Source: Antedon mediterranea (Eukaryota > Animalia > Echinodermata). From it: a stretch of DNA of 64,000 nt. Of the stretch, positions 57,612-64,000 are shown in pieces. Under the pieces are notes generated by a model that saw nothing but the letters and a program-made list of their open reading frames with translations, was not told the origin of the DNA and ran no database searches. How positions within the stretch are numbered: the first letter of the stretch is position 1; each line of letters starts with the position of its first letter. The position numbers and the translations under genes were made by a program. The stretch lies in the NCBI RefSeq assembly GCF_964355755.1, contig NC_092673.1, positions 28,145,648 through 28,209,647 on the forward strand. The letters run 5' to 3'.

Positions 57612-57894
57612 GTTTACAAGAAACTACATTGACCTATTACCTTAATGGAGATAAGCATGTATACTAACCTGGCTCAAAGATGGTGGTTACACCGTGCCAA
57701 CCAATAACATCACAAATCTGTAAAACATGTGGATGTTTTGTCAATATCAATTAATTATGTAAATTTGGTACTACTGGAAATATTATCAATACAAAAGGAA
57801 ACCGAACAAGCTAGCTAAATGCAGATTACTTCTACCAACTTACATTTTGTAAGCATAGATTTACATAGACAGGAACAAAAGAAAAACAACTTTT

Positions 57895-57966
57895 CATCTC
57901 AGATTCAGAAGAGAAATCATAAGATATCATTTAGTGGATCACTCTGATACAAAATCATCATCGATG
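57895..57966 (-). ncRNA. SNORD71: Box C/D snoRNA, SNORD71-like (5.8S Um14 guide)
   Basis: catc stem, ATGATGA, guide GAGTGATCCACTAA-ATGA, D box CTGA. The fifth nt upstream of D' pairs with U14 of 5.8S GGUGGAUCACUC. Confidence 0.7.
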
Positions 57967-58238
57967 CAATTAACATAACTGATTAAAGTTAGTTTACTTA
58001 CATGGTAACAATTAGTTTCTAAACCAACATGTAGATATATTCAGTATCTAGTCAATCTGAAAAAATAATTTTGTTAATTATACAGGTTATTAATATTGTA
58101 TTGGCCTAAAGCTCTGTCTAGACTATCAAACCAGTTTGAAAAAAAAGTGCGATGTGCCCAAATAGGGTAATGATATGCCCAAATATGGGAGCTGGTGATA
58201 TGACATTATCATGTCCATACATGGGCACAACAGCAAGT

Positions 58239-58310
58239 ACCTGCTCAGACTAAGTAAAGATGGTCACATATAAAATCCCTAGCAGCGATTCTTGAGTCAT
58301 CATAACAGGT
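58239..58310 (-). ncRNA. Box C/D snoRNA, target unassigned
   Basis: acctg...ATGATGA...CTGA...caggt: canonical C and D boxes and a 5-bp terminal stem in an intron of the host. Confidence 0.7.
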
Positions 58311-58537
58311 ATATTCTATAGGCAATTGTAGAATGAACATTTCATTGTTTAAAGGCCTATTGTTTCACCACTAGGAATACTTTATCTTAGGCGTGGAAAT
58401 CTTAAATCAATATTTAAAACGTACCTTTATGGATAGCTCAGTCGTACCAATTTCCCATTGTTCTGTAGAGAAATGAAAAATCCTTCATTTTCTTTGTTTA
58501 AATTGTTAAAAAATCTATTTTTTTTAATGGTTTGATT

Positions 58538-58608
58538 TGCCTCCGAGATCTTGGTGGTAGGGTACTATCACACAACAGTCAAAAGTAGCAATGTTTTCTT
58601 CCTCGGCA
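58538..58608 (-). ncRNA. SNORD76: SNORD76/SNORD24-like C/D snoRNA, copy 1 (variant boxes)
   Basis: Guides ATTGCTACT and CTACCACCAAGATCT are complementary to 28S AGAUCUUGGUGGUAGUAGCAA. Boxes AGGAAGA / CGGA; stem tgcc/ggca. Confidence 0.7.
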
Positions 58609-58640
58609 TATCTTTGTAAAAATGATCACAACACACCTTT

Positions 58641-58806
58641 AAGGCCAAGTTACACAGACGAGCAGCGTACCTTGCCCCACAGAGAATGTGCATCTAACCC
58701 GAGCATAAACCGCCTATCCAGTCTGCGTTGTGTGTAAATGATTATAAGGAATAACAGATTCTATTTTAGTATTACGGTTAACGCTTATCTGTGTAAATTG
58801 GCCTTT
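58641..58806. mobile_element. MITE in a snoRNA-host intron
   Basis: TIR aaggccaagttacacaga / tctgtgtaaattggcctt. Confidence 0.65.
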
Positions 58807-58993
58807 GTATGATAAAGGTAATCAGTGCTTAACTAGGACATTGTGATAACATAGTTTGATTCGTTATTCTAGAATGTGCTTTACCTTATATGGTATATAT
58901 TGGACACCAGCCGTTTCTGCTAAAATAAGAAATAATACAGATTAATAAAATATGAAAAGAACGTTTTTCTATGGATCAGCTGAATACAGATTT

Positions 58994-59071
58994 GCCACAT
59001 CAGGTCTACTACTATTGGTTGTTATAATCATTGTAAATCGTTTGTCCCTATCTAGTGTCATCATTTATGGC
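58994..59071 (-). ncRNA. SNORD74: Box C/D snoRNA, SNORD74-like
   Basis: ATGATGA, guide TAGATAGGGACA (complementary to 28S UGUCCCUAUCUA), D CTGA, stem gcca/tggc. Confidence 0.75.
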
Positions 59072-59477
59072 AAAATCTAATGATCTTTAAAGAAATTTCT
59101 GTAACTATCCTGCTGTAGAAGCAGTGTGAAACAGCATCTCTTTCAACAATCAACATATTTTGGAAGGAAAAGGGTCCTATTGAAACGAGATTATTTACTT
59201 ACCAAATTGTGGCAGTATCCAAATTTGCACTTGGTGAAACTATCCCCCGTCGGACACCATCTCGATGTTTCTAGAATAATAATTTTCATATTCAGGAAAT
59301 AATTTCGCCAGTGTAGCATAGCAAAAAGATATACAAAACAAACTTATTGCTACACATTTCTAAAATTGTGTAGAAAAAAATACAATACAAAATTATGTTT
59401 CTCAACTCAAAAATCAGTTTGATTAGCAATATTGATAAACAAAATTTTTCCATGATATGCTATTGATAAAATGAATT

Positions 59478-59554
59478 TGCATCAGATCGCCCTAGTTGAA
59501 GTCGTGGGTCAGTCACTGTCCATCAGACAATTTAGTCTTCAATCATCACTTGCA
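59478..59554 (-). ncRNA. Box C/D snoRNA copy 1 (18S CGCCCUAGUU guide; weak SNORD78-like element)
   Basis: tgca stem, GTGATGA, AAATTGTCTGA, AACTAGGGCG-AT-CTGA. Identical to 61173-61249. Confidence 0.75.
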
Positions 59555-60265
59555 AATTATAATATTAATTTATTGCATCCTTACCCATTATCAAAAGACA
59601 ATCTTGAGAAAGCAGACTTGTTGCCACGAAGCAGTGCCACCAAAAATGTATGCAAAATTCCGCCATCAGATACAACCAGCAAGTTGCGTTTAGGTTCATA
59701 ATTTTTCCTCAAACTTCACGCAATGACAGACAGCAATTTTCATTTCACTATGAAAAAATTTCCAAAAACAAATTGAATCAAAAAATAGTCAGCAATACTT
59801 ACACAGATACATATAATCAAACATATATAATTTTCAGTTGCATCAGTCCTATCGATCCAAAGTTAGTTTAATCATGTTACTCATGACTTTCTGATGTCAT
59901 CATTTGCAACAATATAATCTTTAAAAATAAATTAAAATAATAATTAAAATAAATTATTCTTACCACTTGGTGCGATTGCAATGTCCGTCTTACTCCTTAG
60001 TGAGACTTCCTGAAATTTATATAAAACCGAAACAATTCAACTATGTCATTCAACAGGAACAAAATGCTTACAAAAATACAGAACATAGTTTATAGGCATA
60101 TATATTCATTAGAAGGGGAGAAATAGGCTGTGCATATAATCAACAAATCTAGTTCATCCCAACTACATGCTATTTATTTCATGGGAATAGCTAACTGCAA
60201 GAAATTTGTGAGTAACTAATCAAATACATCTTTTTGTTAGATTAATTACAAAATGAAGGAAATAA

Positions 60266-60405
60266 AATTGTGTCGAACCGGGTGCCTGAAAAGCAGCGGA
60301 AATCTGCTATCAGCGAATATGGAAAGACTAGGGTTTAATGTCCGAGACTTTAAGCACCGGTCGTTTCATGTACGTTCGTATCAACGACAGTGACTCTAGA
60401 ATCGG
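60266..60405 (-). ncRNA. SNORA3: Box H/ACA snoRNA, SNORA3/SNORA45 (snR11)-like, copy 1
   Basis: Two hairpins, H box ACATTA, terminal ACA-NNN. The 5' pocket (CTAGAGTC / GCTTAA) pairs with 28S UUGAGC-UU-GACUCUAG; the 3' pocket (TATTC / CACC) pairs with 28S GGUG-UA-GAAUA. Confidence 0.75.
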
Positions 60406-60612
60406 TAAAGTTTTAAGTGTATGTCAATGTATTTAACTTACTTATTTTAAGTGCATGAATTGTTGCTGTGCATGTTCCAACACATTTAATGTAGGCATCA
60501 TCTAATAATGAAACGGTGCATTTTAACAAAAAGTTTATGAGAAACCGACAATAAATCTTTTAAATGAAGATTATGTACGTTCAAAACATTCAATCCAGAT
60601 ATATTTAGTACA

Positions 60613-60752
60613 AATTGTGTCGAACCGGGTGCCTGAAAAGCAGCGGATATCTGCCATCAGCGAATATGGAAAGACTGAGGTTTATTGTCCGAGACTTTAA
60701 GCACCGGTCGTTTCATGTACGTATGTATCAACGACAGTGACTCTAGAATCGG
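60613..60752 (-). ncRNA. SNORA3: Box H/ACA snoRNA, SNORA3-like, copy 2
   Basis: Near-identical to 60266-60405; H box ACAATA; pockets unchanged. Confidence 0.75.
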
Positions 60753-60920
60753 GACACAACATATATACCAGAAAAAACACAAAAATATCCATTTTACTTA
60801 CATACTTCCTTCATAGAACATCCATTCTGCAATTTAGTAAACCTACAAAAATTTAGATTTCAAAAGCTTAATTTTTATTTTTAAATGACATTTTTACTAA
60901 ATACATTTTATTTATTGATT

Positions 60921-60991
60921 TGCCTCCGAGATCTTGGTGGTAGGGTACTATCATACGACAGTCAAAAGTAGCAATGTTTTCTTCCTCGACA
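60921..60991 (-). ncRNA. SNORD76: SNORD76/SNORD24-like C/D snoRNA, copy 2
   Basis: Near-identical to 58538-58608, with the same guides and variant boxes. Confidence 0.7.
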
Positions 60992-61172
60992 AATCTTTGT
61001 AAAAATTAAAAATTGTCAAAAAAGTAAAAGCTTGCATACAAAACTAGAACATTTACCTCATTTCAATGGCCATATCATGCTACAACATCTCAAGTCCTAC
61101 AAAATAAAAAAAATAATTATAAACACAATGACAAATTTAAAATGTAAAGCAACTATCAACTTTCAATTTTTT

Positions 61173-61249
61173 TGCATCAGATCGCCCTAGTTGAAGTCGT
61201 GGGTCAGTCACTGTCCATCAGACAATTTAGTCTTCAATCATCACTTGCA
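61173..61249 (-). ncRNA. Box C/D snoRNA copy 2 (identical to 59478-59554)
   Basis: 77-nt identity confined to the snoRNA; GTGATGA/CTGA boxes and tgca stem. Confidence 0.75.
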
Positions 61250-62169
61250 AAAAATTAAACTTGAGTGGCACGCCTAATCGGTGATAGAAGCTATTGGAAT
61301 CTTTTGCCACTCCTTGGCGCAATCTAGCTATTTTGTCTTGTTTTGTATTAATGTGTTTTGGCAAAATAAATGAAATGATAAACAAAATATAACTTACTTT
61401 TCTTCTCAATAATATCTTGCCAAGTATCATATTTAGTGCCTAAAAAATGAAATAAAATAATTAACAAGAAATATTTCTTACAAAAAACGCCGCGTAACTT
61501 TTTGACTGGACAGTTGTTGTAAGAACAGTCTTCATTAATCTAATATAATAGGTCGGCCAATCAAAACGCAAGTGAACAATTGGGACTTTACTTGTGATTT
61601 ATGTCATTGGCCTGTCAGCACAGTCGTTTCTTTCTACTGTAGAATTAAACGCACAAATTTGTATTGGGAATAATGTATGTGGTTATTACTATCGCATTTA
61701 GGTATTGATAATAATAATAATATGGCTTTTGAATATATAATTACTGTCTGTAGAATAACATTTATACATTTTCGGTTCGCGATGAAAAGTTATATGAATG
61801 GATTTGTAATAGGTATTTATAATAATAGTATATGGGTTGTATTATTGCTAAGCTATCACCAAATCGCGTTATAACATTATTTCTCAGGGTTTTTTGCACC
61901 ATTGATCAATACCAAACGCGTATCGGTATTATAGTTTTTAATGAATCATTACATTAATAAAAATACCCAATTAAATCAATCGCGTCAGTCCAATTCCGAC
62001 TTATGTTTCGATCACATAGTTCTGTGTCTACACTGTCCCAACTAGTTTAACAAAAAAAGTGTGATGTGCCCAAATATGGTAGTGATATGCCCGATTATCG
62101 TAGTGATATGACATCATATTTAGTTTGATAGTATAGACAGAGCTTAAGGATTATATTTAAAAAATGTTT

Positions 62170-63265
62170 TCTTACATTTTGAACGGAAGTATTTATTTGT
62201 TTATAAGCCCAATTTTCCAGTCTTAATTTTACATTTTTAAAAAAAGTATTTATTTGTTTATAAGCCCAATTTTCCAGTCTTAATTTTACATTTTGAAAAA
62301 AAAAAGGATTTTATTTGTTGATAAGCCCAATTGTGCAGTTTTATTTTACATTTTAAACGAAAGTATTTATTTGTTGATAAGCCGAATTTTCCAGTTTAAT
62401 AATAATGACCCCTTCCACAGTGCTTATACCATATACATTTTACATGATATTGACCGTGGGTTCTTTACGCCTCTGATGCATTTGTTTTTATTGTACCTTT
62501 TTAATAAATTATTATATGTTTAGGCCTAATCAAACCCAATTTAATGAAACGGTCAGATTCCGATTTCAATTGAACGAAAGTAGTACTGTATTTATTATTC
62601 ATTGATAAGCCAAGGGTCCCATGGCGTTAGCCGATATCTTGAGCATTTGACTCTTGTGTCAACCTGTAACACAAATCATTCTTCAAAATCTAAAGAAAGA
62701 ACCTCACACGTCTTTTTTGTGAGTGATACACTATGGATATGCCCACGGAAATAATATGTGGACATTGCAAACAATCATAGGCCTACAGTAACAAACATAA
62801 CATGGCTAATAAGCATAACATTCAGACTTGTTTGTTTTCTAGTGGATTTTTATTTACTTTAGCATGTAGAATAAAACTAGTAACAGTGGCTATATTAATA
62901 ATTATACTGATTATCCTTGAGATGTTATCGCGTCTAATAATAAAATATTTTGTTGCTGATAAGCCCAATTTTTCAGCCTTGATTTTACATTTTGAACGAA
63001 AGTATTTATTTGTTGATAAGCCCAATTTTGCAGTCTTAATAATGACCCTTCCACAGTGCATTTTACATGATATTGACCGAGGGTTTTTACGCCTCTATAG
63101 CCACTGATCAATACCATAATAATGTACTTTTTTAAATGAATATTGAAATGTTTCAACATACCCAATTAAAAAAAAAACGGTCCGTTTTCGAGTTCAATCT
63201 TTTGATTAGAGAGGTTGGAGTTTCATTTTGAACGAAAGTATTTATTTGATTGATAAGCCAAATTT
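62170..63265. repeat. Degenerate ~60-bp tandem/dispersed repeat with a duplicated ~140-bp block
   Basis: tttgaacgaaagtatttatttgttgataagcccaatttt repeated. aataatgaccc..ccacagtgc..ttttacatgatattgaccg occurs at ~62400 and ~63040. Confidence 0.75.
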
Positions 63266-63572
63266 CTAGTCCTAATGATTTGAGATTCAACGGGTTTTGC
63301 TTTCAATTGTATAATAATATAATGATATATATATATATATATATATATAAATATAATATTAAGTATAATTATGAATTCACCAACACTTTCAGGCCCGGGG
63401 CCGAGTTTGTGTAGACCAGACTTCCATGCACAGCCACATGTTAAGGAATATGAATCTCTTTATGATTTTAATATGGTTCGAAATGATATTACACAACAAC
63501 GATTAGACAGCAACTGTGCAAGAGTCCAACTAATAAAATCGGAATGATCAATTAATTGAACATTTACAGCAT

Positions 63573-63936
63573 AAGGCCCATACACTAGGACGATAACGAT
63601 CAACGATAAATAGACAAATGTGCATTTTTAATACATAAACCAAAAGAAATATAAACAATTCCTTTGATGAAAATTATATTTTCACACGTCCAATCAAATG
63701 ACGTCATGATTAGTAAGACCAATAATATCGTGACAATACAGCGATTATATTGTTTTTATTTATCATGACGTCATTTGATTGGAATTTGAAAAACATTATT
63801 TTTATCAAAGACAGCATAAATGATTATCCTATAGGTCTAGAACGAAAACCTTTCTAATTTCTTTTGGTTTATGTAAAAAAAATGCATGCTATATATTTAT
63901 CGTCCGTCGTTATCGTCATAGTGTAATTGGGCCTTT
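63573..63936. mobile_element. Foldback MITE
   Basis: TIR aaggcccatacactaggacgataacga / tcgttatcgtcatagtgtaattgggcctt. Internal inverted ccaatcaaatgacgtcatgat / atcatgacgtcatttgattgg. A fragment of the family is at ~29058-29090. Confidence 0.75.
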
Positions 63937-64000
63937 ATACAAAAAAAATAAATTGATTACGAAGTTACATGTCATTTTTACCTATCACCAAAAAACTAAC

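Larger units (their letters stand above)
55600..61636 (-). ncRNA. GAS5: GAS5-like non-coding snoRNA host gene; 5' end and poly(A) site not fixed
   Basis: A series of ~35-70 nt non-coding exons with GT-AG (one GC-AG) boundaries: ~61592-61636, 61398-61439, 61057-61096, 60802-60842, 60441-60501, 59964-60009, 59203-59270, 58885-58919, 58426-58463, 58002-58056, 57669-57717, a longer exon with acceptor at ~57373, 56455-56497, 56214-56265, and a last acceptor at ~55969. Nearly every intron holds one snoRNA, and guides match GAS5-encoded families. Confidence 0.75.

Noticed and set aside
60272-60332. Apparent complementarity of the H/ACA 3' hairpin base to 28S GAAAGACUAAUCGAACC
   Set aside because: Wrong orientation for a pseudouridylation pocket and partly changed in copy 2. 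The canonical pocket already explains the hairpin.
55406-63165. Short ORFs (60-101 aa) across the right end
   Set aside because: No recognisable domains; they overlap snoRNAs, MITEs or AT-rich repeats.

Overview
AT-rich, intron-rich metazoan DNA (invertebrate, plausibly an echinoderm-type deuterostome; taxon is inference), not prokaryotic. Left to right: the 3' part of a large EGF/SEA single-pass mucin-like gene (+, to ~10.9 kb); a ~8.8 kb satellite built from palindromic ~195+100 bp units and interrupted by an 888-bp foldback element; TRIM45 (-); RPS18 (-) head-to-head with VPS52 (+, one U12-type intron); FOXRED1 (-) head-to-head with EIF3G (+); a 5.6 kb nest of three non-autonomous DNA transposons; and at ~55.6-61.6 kb (-) a non-coding multi-exon snoRNA host gene. 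That host, invisible to the ORF track, carries at least 13 intronic snoRNAs (11 C/D, 2 H/ACA). Several guides match the vertebrate GAS5 set (SNORD74/75/76/79/47/81-like), so it is probably an invertebrate GAS5 orthologue. It also has extra guides (SNORD71-like, SNORA3-like, 18S-directed, orphan). Family and target assignments come from recalled sequences and manual base-pairing, not database searches. Exon coordinates were read by eye.
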